NCBI RefSeq assembly: GCF_054482595.1
Contig: NZ_CM137008.1
DNA length: 64,000 nt
Direction: 5' to 3' (one strand)
Position numbers and translations under genes: made by a program. A model generated the notes under the pieces. That model ran no database searches. It had not been told where the DNA came from and saw only the letters and a program-made list of their open reading frames with translations. Of this stretch, positions 10,435 to 21,882 are shown in pieces (positions within the stretch are counted from its first letter, which is position 1; the number at the start of each line of letters is the position of its first letter).

Positions 10435-11016
10435 ATGCGTCTGTGTGACCGAGATATTGAAGCCTGGCTTGATGAAGGCCGTTTGTCGATCAACCCACGT
10501 CCGCCAGTGGAGCGTATTAACGGCGCGACGGTGGATGTACGCCTGGGCAATAAATTTCGTACCTTCCGTGGTCACACGGCAGCGTTTATCGATCTGAGCG
10601 GTCCCAAAGATGAAGTGAGCGCCGCGCTTGACCGCGTGATGAGCGATGAGATCGTTCTCGACGAGGGCGAGGCGTTCTATCTTCACCCAGGAGAGCTGGC
10701 GCTGGCGGTGACGCTGGAGTCGGTGACGCTGCCAGCCGATCTGGTGGGCTGGCTGGACGGGCGTTCCTCACTGGCGCGTCTGGGGCTGATGGTGCACGTC
10801 ACCGCGCACCGTATCGATCCGGGCTGGTCTGGTTGCATTGTGCTGGAGTTCTACAACTCCGGTAAGCTGCCGCTGGCGCTGCGTCCGGGCATGTTAATTG
10901 GTGCGCTGAGCTTTGAGCCGCTTTCCGGCCCGGCGGCGCGACCTTACAACCGCCGTGAAGATGCGAAATATCGCAACCAGCAGGGCGCGGTAGCCAGCCG
11001 AATCGATAAAGACTAA
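10435..11016 (+). CDS. dcd: dCTP deaminase
   Basis: 193-aa ORF matching Dcd. Confidence 0.95.
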
Positions 11017-11037
11017 TTCAGGCCCATTGAGGATACC

Positions 11038-12891
11038 ATGAGACGATTTCTGACGACGCTGATGATACTCCTGGTCGTGCTGGTGGCCGGGTTATCTGCG
11101 TTAGTGTTGCTGGTGAATCCGAATGATTTCCGCGACTATATGGTCAAGCAAGTTGCTGCACGTAGCGGTTATCAATTGCAGCTCGACGGGCCACTGCGTT
11201 GGCACGTCTGGCCGCAGCTTAGTATCCTCTCCGGGCGAATGTCTCTCACCGCCCAGGGCGCAAGCCAGCCACTGGTTCGCGCCGACAACATGCGTCTGGA
11301 CGTGGCGCTTTTACCACTACTGAGTCATCAACTGAGCGTTAAGCAGGTGATGCTAAAAGGGGCAGTGATCCAACTGACGCCGCAGACGGAAGCGGTGCGC
11401 AGTGAAGACGCTCCGGTTGCACCGCGCGACAATACCTTGCCGGATCTGTCAGACGATCGCGGATGGTCGTTTGATATATCCAGTCTTAAGGTGGCGGACA
11501 GCGTGCTGGTGTTCCAGCATGAAGATGACGAGCAGGTGACAATCCGCAATATTCGCCTGCAAATGGAACAAGATCCCCAACATCGTGGTTCATTTGAGTT
11601 CTCCGGGCGGGTTAATCGCGATCAGCGCGATCTCACGATATCCCTTAACGGTACGGTAGATGCTTCTGATTATCCGCATGATTTAACGGCGGCTATTGAA
11701 CAAATTAACTGGCAGTTGCAGGGTGCCGATTTACCAAAACAAGGTATTCAGGGGCAGGGGAGTTTCCAGGCCCAGTGGCAGGAGTCACATAAACGCCTTT
11801 CATTTAACCAAATTAGTTTGACCGCCAATGATAGTACGCTAAGCGGGCAAGCACAGGTTACGCTGACAGAGAAACCGGAATGGCAGCTGAGGCTGCAATT
11901 CCCGCAACTGAATCTTGACAACCTCATCCCGCTTAATGAAACCGCGAATGGTGAAAACGGTGCCGCGCAGCAGGGGCAGAGCCAATCAACGTTGCCGCGC
12001 CCGGTCATTTCTTCGCGTATTGATGAACCGGCCTATCAGGGACTGCAAGGCTTTACGGCTGATATTTTGTTGCAGGCCAGTAACGTGCGCTGGCGCGGAA
12101 TGAATTTTACAGATGTTGCCACGCAAATGACCAACAAGTCGGGTTTGCTGGAAATTACTCAACTGCAGGGCAAACTTAACGGTGGACAGGTTTCACTGCC
12201 GGGCACGCTGGACGCGACATCAATAAATCCGCGGATAAACTTCCAGCCACGGCTGGAAAACGTTGAGATTGGTACCATTCTGAAGGCGTTTAACTATCCG
12301 ATTTCGTTGACCGGAAAAATGTCACTGGCTGGTGATTTCTCCGGTGCTGACATAGATGCCGACGCATTCCGCCACAACTGGCAAGGACAGGCACATGTCG
12401 AAATGACCGACACGCGCATGGAAGGGATGAACTTCCAGCAGATGATTCAGCAAGCGGTAGAGCGTAATGGCGGTGATGTGAAGGCCGCTGAAAACTTTGA
12501 TAACGTGACGCGGCTTGACCGCTTTACCACCGATTTGACGTTGAAGGATGGCGTCGTGACGTTAAACGACATGCAAGGTCAATCGCCTGTGCTGGCGCTG
12601 ACAGGGGAAGGCATGTTGAATCTGGCAGATCAAACCTGCGACACCCAGTTTGATATTCGGGTCGTGGGTGGCTGGAACGGGGAAAGCAAACTGATTGATT
12701 TCCTGAAAGAAACGCCAGTACCGCTGCGGGTTTATGGCAACTGGCAGCAACTCAATTACAGCCTGCAAGTGGATCAGTTACTGCGCAAACATCTACAGGA
12801 CGAAGCGAAACGTCGCCTGAATGACTGGGCCGAGCGGAATAAAGATTCCCGTAATGGCAAAGATGTGAAGAAGTTGCTGGAGAAGATGTAG
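11038..12891 (+). CDS. asmA: Outer-membrane assembly protein AsmA
   Basis: 617-aa ORF with N-terminal membrane anchor; K-12 asmA follows dcd. Confidence 0.9.
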   Translation: MRRFLTTLMILLVVLVAGLSALVLLVNPNDFRDYMVKQVAARSGYQLQLDGPLRWHVWPQLSILSGRMSLTAQGASQPLVRADNMRLDVALLPLLSHQLSVKQVMLKGAVIQLTPQTEAVRSEDAPVAPRDNTLPDLSDDRGWSFDISSLKVADSVLVFQHEDDEQVTIRNIRLQMEQDPQHRGSFEFSGRVNRDQRDLTISLNGTVDASDYPHDLTAAIEQINWQLQGADLPKQGIQGQGSFQAQWQESHKRLSFNQISLTANDSTLSGQAQVTLTEKPEWQLRLQFPQLNLDNLIPLNETANGENGAAQQGQSQSTLPRPVISSRIDEPAYQGLQGFTADILLQASNVRWRGMNFTDVATQMTNKSGLLEITQLQGKLNGGQVSLPGTLDATSINPRINFQPRLENVEIGTILKAFNYPISLTGKMSLAGDFSGADIDADAFRHNWQGQAHVEMTDTRMEGMNFQQMIQQAVERNGGDVKAAENFDNVTRLDRFTTDLTLKDGVVTLNDMQGQSPVLALTGEGMLNLADQTCDTQFDIRVVGGWNGESKLIDFLKETPVPLRVYGNWQQLNYSLQVDQLLRKHLQDEAKRRLNDWAERNKDSRNGKDVKKLLEKM

Positions 12892-12911
12892 GTTACCAGG
12901 TGACCAGTCCT

Positions 12912-12948
12912 GTAGGCCTGATAAGACGCGTAAAGCGTCGCATCAGGC
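12912..12948. repeat. REP element downstream of asmA
   Basis: gtaggcctgataagacgcg...cgtcgcatcaggc. Confidence 0.7.
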
Positions 12949-13164
12949 GTTCGTGGCGGCATCATTATATTCTGAATATGTAAGATCGAAGGCTGTTCCG
13001 TTCACTTGATGTTCCTCGCTACTATGGAACGCTCAAGCCGGTGAACGTGCCAGGGTGGCTCAATCTCCACCACCCTGGCAACCCGGGCTCCCGGCGGTAA
13101 ATCGCCGATGGCGCGGTTCCCTCATCTTATTCCTTTCGGCTATTGGGTAAAATGACCGATACCA

Positions 13165-14748
13165 TCACACCTCGTACTCCATCTCGCCATCCTTACGCAG
13201 CGGTATAATCTGCACCTTCTGCACGCGATGGCTTTCTACCTGCAACGTTTTAAGCAAATAATCCCCCACCTGAACTTCTTCGCCAGGTTTTGGAATACGC
13301 TGCAAATACTCCATCAACAGCCCGGCAATGGTGTGATATTCACGTTTTTCATCCAGCGGCAGCGGCACATATTGCACCAGATCCTCCAGCGGCATATGAC
13401 CATTCGCCGTCCAGGAACCGTCCGCATTCTTCTGAATATCATGGCGGGCGTCGATCTCTTCCACTTCGTTCGGTAAGTTACCGGCAATGGTTTCAGTGAC
13501 GTCACTTAATGTCACAATCCCTTCCACCGAGCCAAACTCATCCACCACAAAAGCAAAGTGCGTGCGGGCATTACGGAACTGCTCCAGGGCAGGTAACAAC
13601 GGCAAGGTTTCCGGGAACACCAGCGGCTGGCGAATCAACACCCGCAGGTTGAGCGGTTCGCCGCGCAGAGACTGTTGTAGCAGGTCGATAACGTGAACAA
13701 CACCGAGCAAATCTTCTGCGTCATCACCGTCGGTAACCACCAGCCGCGTATGCTGATTTCGCTCCAGCAACTGGCGGATTTCTTCTTCCGGCGCGTTGAG
13801 ATCGATATGCTCAATATCGTGGCGCGACGTCATAATGCTGCTGACGGTACGCTGGTTAAGATTAAGTACCCGCTCAATCATCCGCCGTTCCTGCGGATTA
13901 AAGATCTGCTGGTTACCATGATCCACCAGCATGGACGCGGTTTCGGCGTCCAGTTCCGCATCTTCTTTTTGCCCGCTAAGCAGGCGCATTACCGCTTCGG
14001 TAGTCCGCTGGCGCAGCGTCTGGTTAGCGGAAAGAAAACGTCGCCGGTTAAAGATAGCCAACTGATTGAGCGCCTCGATCATCACCGAGAAACCAATGGC
14101 AGCGTACAGGTAGCCTTTCGGAATGACGAAGCCGAAACCTTCTGCCACCAGGCTAAAGCCAATCATCAACAGGAAGCTTAAGCAGAGAATAACGATGGTC
14201 GGGTGACTGTTAACAAATTGCGTTAACGGCTTGCTGGCCATCAACATCAGGCTGATAGCGATAACCACGGCGGCCATCATGACCAGTAAATGGTCGACCA
14301 TCCCGACGGCGGTAATCACTGAGTCGAGTGAGAAAATGGCGTCCAGTACCACAATTTGCGTCACCACGCCCCAGAACTTCGCACCTTTGCGTTGTGTGGG
14401 ATTATTGCTGTCTTTCCCTTCCAGCCGTTCGTTCAGCTCCATCGTGGCTTTGAACAACAGGAAGAAACCACCAAACAGCATGATTAAGTCGCGGGCGCTA
14501 AAGGTAAACGAGCGGAAGCTGAACAGCGGTTGAGTCAGGGTGACCAGCCAGGAGATTGACGCCAGCAGTAACAGGCGCATTAACATTGCCAGCAGCAGCC
14601 CGGTAACCCGTGCGCGGTCACGCTGCTTCGGCGGTAGTTTTTCGGCGAGGATGGCAATAAAGACCAGGTTATCAATGCCGAGGACCAGTTCGATCACAAT
14701 CAGCGTGATTAACCCGGCCCAGATAGACGGATCGGCAATCCATTCCAT
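13165..14748 (-). CDS. yegH: TerC-family membrane protein with CBS and CorC domains (YegH)
   Basis: 527 aa from ATG at 14748 ([10 protein letters not shown]); the track ORF extends to a TTG at 14814. Confidence 0.85.
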   Translation of the reverse strand: MEWIADPSIWAGLITLIVIELVLGIDNLVFIAILAEKLPPKQRDRARVTGLLLAMLMRLLLLASISWLVTLTQPLFSFRSFTFSARDLIMLFGGFFLLFKATMELNERLEGKDSNNPTQRKGAKFWGVVTQIVVLDAIFSLDSVITAVGMVDHLLVMMAAVVIAISLMLMASKPLTQFVNSHPTIVILCLSFLLMIGFSLVAEGFGFVIPKGYLYAAIGFSVMIEALNQLAIFNRRRFLSANQTLRQRTTEAVMRLLSGQKEDAELDAETASMLVDHGNQQIFNPQERRMIERVLNLNQRTVSSIMTSRHDIEHIDLNAPEEEIRQLLERNQHTRLVVTDGDDAEDLLGVVHVIDLLQQSLRGEPLNLRVLIRQPLVFPETLPLLPALEQFRNARTHFAFVVDEFGSVEGIVTLSDVTETIAGNLPNEVEEIDARHDIQKNADGSWTANGHMPLEDLVQYVPLPLDEKREYHTIAGLLMEYLQRIPKPGEEVQVGDYLLKTLQVESHRVQKVQIIPLRKDGEMEYEV

Positions 14749-15190
14749 AGTAAGTACAAAACCTATTCGTTGTATGACAAATGTCACAATTCGATCATGG
14801 ATAAATCGGGGCAAAAATGCAATGTTGTAGCACTATTTATCTCATATTATTTGAGGGTAATAACCTCACATTATCCCTGAATTAAAAGTGGTAATAATAA
14901 AACATTATTTAAGAAATATCGCATGTGGAGACACTATATTAAATATTGTCAACCTAAAGAAACTCCTAAAAACCATATTGAATGACACTTAATATAATTC
15001 TTAAAAATAGCCAATTACCGAATTGTTATCTTGCCTGCTATTCCGTTAGCTGTAACACTTCCTCCTGCATTATTGGAAAGCCAATATTCAATTACCATAA
15101 TGTCACCTTATATTCGGAAGTTAATTTCCGTAATAACCCTTTCTCATCAACGACTGCATGCTGAGAGGGTGTGAAAAATTAAACTAAATC

Positions 15191-15229
15191 AGTGTATTGG
15201 TAGCTAAAAAGCCAGGGGCGGTAGCGTGT
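15191..15229 (+). promoter_or_regulatory. JUMPStart element with ops (RfaH recruitment) site in the wza leader
   Basis: cagtg...ggtagc...agccaggggcggtagcgtg; ops core GGCGGTAGCGTG at 15217-15228. Confidence 0.8.
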
Positions 15230-15406
15230 CTGGATGCCTGAAAGACCAGTCTGAATTATTCTGTCAATAGCCTGCGGATGAAATCAATTTTTTTAGGACT
15301 GATGCCAGTTAAATTTTTATTCAATTAACTGCAAGGTAAATGTGCATGGCGACATTGCTATTAATAGTGCACAGGATAATTACTCTGCCAAAGTGATAAA
15401 TAAACA

Positions 15407-16546
15407 ATGATGAAATCCAAAATGAAATTGATGCCATTATTGGTGTCAGTAACCTTGATAAGCGGTTGCACAGTACTTCCGGGCAGCAATATGTCGACGA
15501 TGGGCAAAGACGTCATCAAACAGCAGGACGCTGATTTCGATCTCGACAAAATGGTGAATGTTTATCCGCTGACCCCGCGCCTGATTGACCAATTACGCCC
15601 ACGCCCGAATGTAGCGCGCCCCAATATGACGCTGGAAAGTGAGATCGCGAATTACCAGTATCGCGTCGGGCCGGGGGACGTTCTTAATGTCACCGTCTGG
15701 GATCACCCGGAACTCACCACGCCAGCCGGTCAGTACCGCAGCTCCAGCGACACCGGCAACTGGGTACAGCCTGACGGCACTATGTTTTACCCGTATATCG
15801 GCAAGGTCCACGTAGTCGGGAAAACGCTCGCTGAAATCCGCAGTGATATTACCGGGCGCTTAGCGACGTACATCGCTGACCCGCAGGTGGACGTTAATAT
15901 CGCCGCCTTCCGCTCACAAAAGGCCTATATCTCCGGTCAGGTGAATAAATCCGGTCAACAGGCGATCACCAACGTGCCACTGACTATTCTCGACGCCATC
16001 AACGCCGCAGGTGGCCTGACCGACACCGCTGACTGGCGCAACGTGGTGCTAACACACAATGGTCGTGAAGAGCGCATTTCTTTGCAGGCGCTGATGCAAA
16101 ACGGCGACCTCAACCAGAATCGCCTGCTTTACCCCGGCGATATTCTCTACGTGCCACGTAATGATGATCTGAAAGTATTTGTGATGGGTGAAGTGAAGAA
16201 ACAGAGCACCCTGAAAATGGACTTTAGCGGCATGACCCTGACTGAAGCCCTGGGCAATGCTGAAGGCATCGACATGACCACCTCCAACGCCAGCGGCATC
16301 TTTGTCATTCGTCCGCTGAAAGGCGAGGGCGGGCGTAACGGCAAGATTGCCAATATCTACCAGCTGGATATGTCCGATGCCACGTCGCTGGTGATGGCGA
16401 CAGAATTCCGCCTGCAACCTTATGACGTGGTGTATGTCACCACCGCCCCGGTTTCCCGCTGGAACCGTCTGATCAATCAGTTGCTGCCAACTATTAGCGG
16501 TGTCCGTTACATGACGGATACAGCCAGCGACATTCATAACTGGTAA
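15407..16546 (+). CDS. wza: Colanic acid outer-membrane polysaccharide export lipoprotein
   Basis: 379-aa ORF, lipoprotein signal (LISGCT), matches Wza. Confidence 0.95.
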   Translation: MMKSKMKLMPLLVSVTLISGCTVLPGSNMSTMGKDVIKQQDADFDLDKMVNVYPLTPRLIDQLRPRPNVARPNMTLESEIANYQYRVGPGDVLNVTVWDHPELTTPAGQYRSSSDTGNWVQPDGTMFYPYIGKVHVVGKTLAEIRSDITGRLATYIADPQVDVNIAAFRSQKAYISGQVNKSGQQAITNVPLTILDAINAAGGLTDTADWRNVVLTHNGREERISLQALMQNGDLNQNRLLYPGDILYVPRNDDLKVFVMGEVKKQSTLKMDFSGMTLTEALGNAEGIDMTTSNASGIFVIRPLKGEGGRNGKIANIYQLDMSDATSLVMATEFRLQPYDVVYVTTAPVSRWNRLINQLLPTISGVRYMTDTASDIHNW

Positions 16547-16551
16547 TCGTC

Positions 16552-16995
16552 ATGTTTAACAACATCTTAGTTGTCTGTGTCGGCAATATTTGCCGTTCCC
16601 CGACGGCGGAACGCTTACTGCAACGTTATCACCCGGAGCTGAAAGTGGAGTCCGCTGGACTCGGCGCGCTGGTCGGTAAGGGCGCTGATCCTACCGCTAT
16701 CAGCGTCGCCGCAGAACATCAACTGTCTCTGGAAGGTCACTGTGCCCGTCAAATCAGCCGCCGTCTGTGTCGCAACTACGACCTGATTTTGACCATGGAA
16801 AAGCGCCATATCGAACGCTTATGCGAGATGGCACCGGAGATGCGCGGCAAAGTGATGCTGTTTGGTCACTGGGATAACGAATGTGAAATCCCCGATCCGT
16901 ATCGCAAAAGCCGGGAAACGTTTGCAGCGGTGTACACATTACTTGAACGGTCTGCCCGCCAGTGGGCGCAGGCATTGAACGCAGAGCAGGTATAA
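16552..16995 (+). CDS. wzb: Low-molecular-weight protein-tyrosine phosphatase
   Basis: 147-aa ORF, CVGNICRSP active-site P-loop. Confidence 0.95.
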   Translation: MFNNILVVCVGNICRSPTAERLLQRYHPELKVESAGLGALVGKGADPTAISVAAEHQLSLEGHCARQISRRLCRNYDLILTMEKRHIERLCEMAPEMRGKVMLFGHWDNECEIPDPYRKSRETFAAVYTLLERSARQWAQALNAEQV

Positions 16996-16997
16996 GA

Positions 16998-19160
16998 ATG
17001 ACAGAAAAAGTAAAACAACATGCCGCTCCGGTAACGGGCAGTGATGAAATCGATATTGGTCGCCTGGTCGGCACCGTCATTGAAGCGCGCTGGTGGGTGA
17101 TTGGCATCACCACCGTATTCGCCCTCTGTGCCGTGGTTTACACCTTCTTCGCCACGCCGATTTATAGTGCCGACGCACTGGTACAAATCGAGCAAAACAG
17201 CGGCAATTCGTTAGTGCAGGACATTGGTTCGGCATTAGCCAACAAACCGCCTGCATCGGACGCCGAGATCCAGTTGATTCGTTCGCGTCTGGTGCTTGGT
17301 AAAACGGTGGACGATCTCGACCTCGATATTGCAGTGAGCAAAAACACGTTCCCGATTTTCGGTGCGGGCTGGGATCGCCTGATGGGACGTCAGAACGAGA
17401 CGGTGAAAGTGACCACCTTTAACCGCCCGAAAGAGATGGCGGATCAGGTGTTTACGCTTAATGTGCTGGACAACAAAAACTACACCCTGAGCAGCGACGG
17501 CGGCTTTAGCGCCCGGGGGCAAGCGGGCCAGATGCTGAAAAAAGAAGGCGTCACGCTGATGGTTGAAGCCATTCACGCCAGCCCGGGCAGTGAGTTTACC
17601 GTCACCAAATACTCCACGCTGGGGATGATCAACCAACTGCAAAACAGCCTGACGGTAACGGAGAACGGCAAAGACGCTGGCGTTTTGAGCCTGACTTATA
17701 CCGGTGAAGATCGTGAACAGATCCGCGACATTCTTAACAGCATCGCCCGTAACTATCAGGAACAAAATATTGAGCGCAAATCGGCGGAAGCGTCGAAAAG
17801 CCTCGCCTTCCTCGCGCAACAGTTACCGGAAGTACGTAGCCGCTTGGATGTTGCCGAAAACAAACTGAATGCCTTCCGTCAGGATAAAGATTCTGTTGAT
17901 CTGCCGCTGGAAGCGAAAGCGGTGCTCGATTCGATGGTGAACATCGACGCCCAGTTGAACGAACTGACCTTTAAAGAGGCGGAAATCTCCAAGCTGTACA
18001 CCAAAGTTCACCCGGCGTACCGCACGCTGCTGGAGAAACGTCAGGCGCTGGAAGACGAAAAAGCCAAACTTAACGGTCGCGTAACGGCGATGCCGAAAAC
18101 CCAGCAGGAGATTGTCCGTCTGACCCGCGATGTCGAGTCTGGTCAGCAGGTCTATATGCAACTGCTGAATAAAGAGCAGGAGCTGAAAATCACCGAAGCC
18201 AGCACCGTCGGCGATGTGCGCATTGTTGACCCGGCAATCACCCAGCCAGGTGTACTGAAACCGAAGAAAGGGCTGATTATCCTTGGGGCGATTATTCTTG
18301 GCCTGATGCTCTCTATCGTGGGTGTGCTGCTGCGCTCGTTGTTTAATCGCGGCATCGAAAGCCCGCAGGTGCTGGAAGAACACGGTATCAGCGTCTATGC
18401 CAGCATCCCGTTGTCGGAATGGCAGAAAGCGCGCGATAGCGTCAAAACCATCAAAGGGATTAAACGCTATAAACAGAGCCAGCTACTGGCGGTGGGGAAT
18501 CCAACCGATCTGGCGATTGAAGCCATCCGCAGTCTGCGTACCAGTCTGCACTTCGCGATGATGCAGGCGCAGAACAATGTGTTGATGATGACCGGGGTTA
18601 GCCCGTCAATCGGTAAAACCTTTGTCTGCGCCAACCTGGCGGCGGTGATCAGCCAGACCAATAAACGCGTGTTGTTGATCGACTGCGATATGCGCAAAGG
18701 CTACACCCACGAGCTGTTGGGCACCAATAACGTCAATGGCCTGTCGGAAATTCTGATTGGTCAGGGCGATATTACTACCGCAGCTAAACCGACCTCTATT
18801 GCCAAATTTGACCTGATCCCGCGCGGTCAGGTGCCGCCAAATCCTTCTGAACTGTTGATGAGCGAACGCTTTGCCGAACTGGTGAACTGGGCGAGTAAAA
18901 ACTATGACCTGGTGTTGATTGATACGCCGCCGATTCTGGCAGTGACCGATGCGGCAATTGTTGGTCGTCATGTCGGAACCACATTAATGGTGGCGCGTTA
19001 TGCGGTCAACACATTGAAAGAAGTGGAAACCAGTCTGAGCCGCTTTGAGCAAAACGGTATTCCGGTGAAAGGGGTGATTCTGAACTCCATCTTCCGCCGC
19101 GCCAGCGCGTATCAGGATTATGGCTATTACGAATACGAATATAAGTCGGATGCGAAATAA
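16998..19160 (+). CDS. wzc: Tyrosine autokinase / polysaccharide co-polymerase (BY-kinase)
   Basis: 720 aa from ATG at 16998; Walker A GVSPSIGKT; C-terminal tyrosine cluster YQDYGYYEYEYKSDAK. Confidence 0.95.
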   Translation: MTEKVKQHAAPVTGSDEIDIGRLVGTVIEARWWVIGITTVFALCAVVYTFFATPIYSADALVQIEQNSGNSLVQDIGSALANKPPASDAEIQLIRSRLVLGKTVDDLDLDIAVSKNTFPIFGAGWDRLMGRQNETVKVTTFNRPKEMADQVFTLNVLDNKNYTLSSDGGFSARGQAGQMLKKEGVTLMVEAIHASPGSEFTVTKYSTLGMINQLQNSLTVTENGKDAGVLSLTYTGEDREQIRDILNSIARNYQEQNIERKSAEASKSLAFLAQQLPEVRSRLDVAENKLNAFRQDKDSVDLPLEAKAVLDSMVNIDAQLNELTFKEAEISKLYTKVHPAYRTLLEKRQALEDEKAKLNGRVTAMPKTQQEIVRLTRDVESGQQVYMQLLNKEQELKITEASTVGDVRIVDPAITQPGVLKPKKGLIILGAIILGLMLSIVGVLLRSLFNRGIESPQVLEEHGISVYASIPLSEWQKARDSVKTIKGIKRYKQSQLLAVGNPTDLAIEAIRSLRTSLHFAMMQAQNNVLMMTGVSPSIGKTFVCANLAAVISQTNKRVLLIDCDMRKGYTHELLGTNNVNGLSEILIGQGDITTAAKPTSIAKFDLIPRGQVPPNPSELLMSERFAELVNWASKNYDLVLIDTPPILAVTDAAIVGRHVGTTLMVARYAVNTLKEVETSLSRFEQNGIPVKGVILNSIFRRASAYQDYGYYEYEYKSDAK

Positions 19161-19169
19161 CGACATCCG

Positions 19170-19280
19170 CTGTCGGATGCGATGCTGACGCATCTTATCC
19201 GACCTACCTTCACGCCGCATCCGGCAAGCAAACCAGCTCCGTAGGCCGGATAAGGCGCTCACGCCGCATCCGGCAACAGA
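19170..19280. repeat. REP/BIME cluster between wzc and wcaA
   Basis: Several REP-like palindromes (gatgcgacgc / cttatccg / gccggatgcggcgtg types). Confidence 0.65.
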
Positions 19281-19337
19281 ACCCGTAAACAAGCTTATAA
19301 ACCGGCAGAACATCTCGATACTCCGGGAGAACAACCT

Positions 19338-20177
19338 ATGAAAGACAATCCGCTGATCTCAATCTATATGCCGACCTGGAACCGCCAACAACTGGCGATT
19401 CGGGCGATAAAATCGGTCCTGCGCCAGGACTACAGCAACTGGGAGATGATCATCGTGGATGATTGCTCCACCTCCTGGGAACAACTGCAACAGTACGTCA
19501 CCGCCCTCAACGATCCGCGTATTACCTACATTCACAACGACATTAACAGCGGGGCGTGCGCGGTACGTAACCAGGCGATTATGCTGGCGCAAGGGGAATA
19601 CATTACCGGGATCGATGACGATGATGAATGGACGCCCAACCGCCTGAGCGTCTTCCTCGCCCATAAACAGCAACTGGTCACTCACGCCTTTTTGTACGCT
19701 AACGACTACGTATGCCAGGGAGAAGTTTATTCCCAACCGGCAAGCTTACCACTGTATCCCAAATCGCCGTACTCACGCCGCCTGTTCTATAAACGCAATA
19801 TCATTGGCAATCAGGTTTTTACCTGGGCGTGGCGTTTCAAAGAGTGCTTGTTCGATACCGAACTGAAAGCAGCACAGGATTACGACATCTTCCTGCGGAT
19901 GGTGGTGGAGTATGGCGAGCCGTGGAAAGTGGAAGAGGCGACGCAGATCCTGCATATCAATCACGGTGAAATGCAGATCACCTCGTCACCGAAAAAATTC
20001 TCCGGGTACTTCCACTTTTACCGCAAGCACAAAGATAAATTTGACCGTGCAAGCAAAAAATATCAGCTGTTTACCCTCTACCAGATCCGCAATAAACGTA
20101 TGACCTGGCGCACTTTGCTGACGCTGCTTTCGGTGCGTAACGGCAAACGTCTGGCTGATGGTATTCGGGGGCGCTAA
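19338..20177 (+). CDS. wcaA: Colanic acid glycosyltransferase (GT2)
   Basis: 279-aa ORF; GT2 DxD region IVDDCS ... DDDDEW. Confidence 0.9.
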   Translation: MKDNPLISIYMPTWNRQQLAIRAIKSVLRQDYSNWEMIIVDDCSTSWEQLQQYVTALNDPRITYIHNDINSGACAVRNQAIMLAQGEYITGIDDDDEWTPNRLSVFLAHKQQLVTHAFLYANDYVCQGEVYSQPASLPLYPKSPYSRRLFYKRNIIGNQVFTWAWRFKECLFDTELKAAQDYDIFLRMVVEYGEPWKVEEATQILHINHGEMQITSSPKKFSGYFHFYRKHKDKFDRASKKYQLFTLYQIRNKRMTWRTLLTLLSVRNGKRLADGIRGR

Positions 20178-20179
20178 AG

Positions 20180-20668
20180 ATGCTGGAAGATCTGTGCGCC
20201 AACAGCTGGAGTTTACGTCCGTGCTGCATGGTTCTAGCCTATCGCGTCGCTCATTTTTGTTCGGTGTGGCGCAAAAAGAACGTCCTCAACAATATTTGGG
20301 CGGCCCCGCTGCTGGTGCTGTATCGCATTATCACCGAATGCTTTTTCGGTTATGAAATCCAGGCTGCCGCGACCATTGGCCGCCGCTTTACTATCCATCA
20401 CGGTTACGCCGTAGTGATCAATAAAAACGTGGTGGCGGGGGATGATTTCACCATTCGCCACGGCGTCACTATCGGCAATCGTGGTGCCGATAACATGGCA
20501 TGTCCACATATTGGCAACGGCGTCGAACTCGGTGCCAACGTTATTATTCTTGGTGATATCACGCTTGGTAACAACGTCACCGTGGGTGCGGGCAGCGTGG
20601 TGCTCGACTCTGTCCCGGACAACGCGCTGGTGGTGGGAGAAAAAGCGCGAGTGAAGGTAATTAAATGA
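20180..20668 (+). CDS. wcaB: Colanic acid acetyltransferase (hexapeptide repeat)
   Basis: 162-aa ORF with left-handed beta-helix hexapeptide repeats. Confidence 0.9.
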   Translation: MLEDLCANSWSLRPCCMVLAYRVAHFCSVWRKKNVLNNIWAAPLLVLYRIITECFFGYEIQAAATIGRRFTIHHGYAVVINKNVVAGDDFTIRHGVTIGNRGADNMACPHIGNGVELGANVIILGDITLGNNVTVGAGSVVLDSVPDNALVVGEKARVKVIK

Positions 20669-21882
20669 ATATTTTGCAATTTAATGTGCGACTGGCGGAA
20701 GGCGGGGCAGCAGGTGTGGCGTTAGATCTCCACCAGCGTGCGCTGCAACAGGGGCTAGCGTCACATTTTGTCTACGGTTACGGCAAAGGCGGCAAAGAGA
20801 GCGTCAGCCATCAAAACTATCCGCAGGTCATCAAACATACGCCGCGGATGACCGCGATGGCGAATATTGTCCTGTTTCGTCTGTTTAATCGCGATCTGTT
20901 TGGCAATTTCAATGAGTTATATCGCACCATTACTCGCACACCGGGTCCGGTGGTCCTGCATTTTCATGTGCTGCACAGCTACTGGCTAAATCTTAAGAGC
21001 GTGGTGCGCTTTTGCGAAAAAGTGAAAAACCATAAACCGGACGTCACTCTGGTCTGGACGCTGCACGACCACTGGAGTGTTACCGGACGCTGCGCCTTTA
21101 CCGACGGTTGCGAAGGCTGGAAAACAGGCTGCCAGAAATGCCCGACCTTAAATAATTATCCGCCGGTGAAGATTGATCGGGCGCACCAGCTGGTGGCGGG
21201 CAAACGCCAGTTATTCCGTGAGATGCTGGCGCTGGGCTGTCAGTTTATTTCCCCCAGCCAGCATGTGGCTGACGCTTTCAATAGCCTGTACGGTCCAGGG
21301 CGTTGCCGGATTATCAATAATGGCATTGATATGGCAACCGAAGCGATTCTGGCGGACTTGCCTCCGGTGCGCGAAACCCAGGGTAAGCCGAAAATCGCGG
21401 TGGTGGCGCATGACCTGCGTTACGACGGCAAAACTAACCAGCAACTGGTGCGTGAGATGATGGCGCTGGGCGACAAAATCGAACTGCATACCTTTGGTAA
21501 GTTCTCGCCGTTCACCGCTGGTAACGTGGTTAATCACGGCTTTGAAACCGACAAACGTAAGCTGATGAGCGCGCTCAATCAGATGGATGCGCTGGTGTTC
21601 AGTTCTCGCGTCGATAACTACCCGCTGATTTTGTGTGAGGCGCTATCGATTGGCGTGCCGGTGATTGCCACCCATAGCGATGCGGCGCGTGAAGTGCTGC
21701 AAAAATCCGGCGGTAAAACCGTCAGTGAAGAAGAGGTGCTGCAACTGGTGCAGTTAAGCAAACCGGAAATCGCGCAGGCGATATTTGGTACCACGCTGGC
21801 TGAGTTCAGCCAACGCAGCCGCGCCGCCTACAGTGGACAACAGATGCTGGAGGAGTATGTCAACTTCTATCAGAATCTGTAG
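20665..21882 (+). CDS. wcaC: Colanic acid glycosyltransferase (GT1-like)
   Basis: 405-aa ORF, position and length match WcaC. Confidence 0.9.
   Translation: MNILQFNVRLAEGGAAGVALDLHQRALQQGLASHFVYGYGKGGKESVSHQNYPQVIKHTPRMTAMANIVLFRLFNRDLFGNFNELYRTITRTPGPVVLHFHVLHSYWLNLKSVVRFCEKVKNHKPDVTLVWTLHDHWSVTGRCAFTDGCEGWKTGCQKCPTLNNYPPVKIDRAHQLVAGKRQLFREMLALGCQFISPSQHVADAFNSLYGPGRCRIINNGIDMATEAILADLPPVRETQGKPKIAVVAHDLRYDGKTNQQLVREMMALGDKIELHTFGKFSPFTAGNVVNHGFETDKRKLMSALNQMDALVFSSRVDNYPLILCEALSIGVPVIATHSDAAREVLQKSGGKTVSEEEVLQLVQLSKPEIAQAIFGTTLAEFSQRSRAAYSGQQMLEEYVNFYQNL

Noticed and set aside
14910-14923. Possible RcsAB box (TAAGAAATATCGCA) upstream of wza
   Set aside because: Only about 9 of 14 positions match the consensus as I remember it; cannot be supported without alignment to a verified site
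17235-18383. 194-aa and 186-aa minus-strand ORFs
   Set aside because: Antisense to wzc, which is well supported by Walker and tyrosine-cluster motifs
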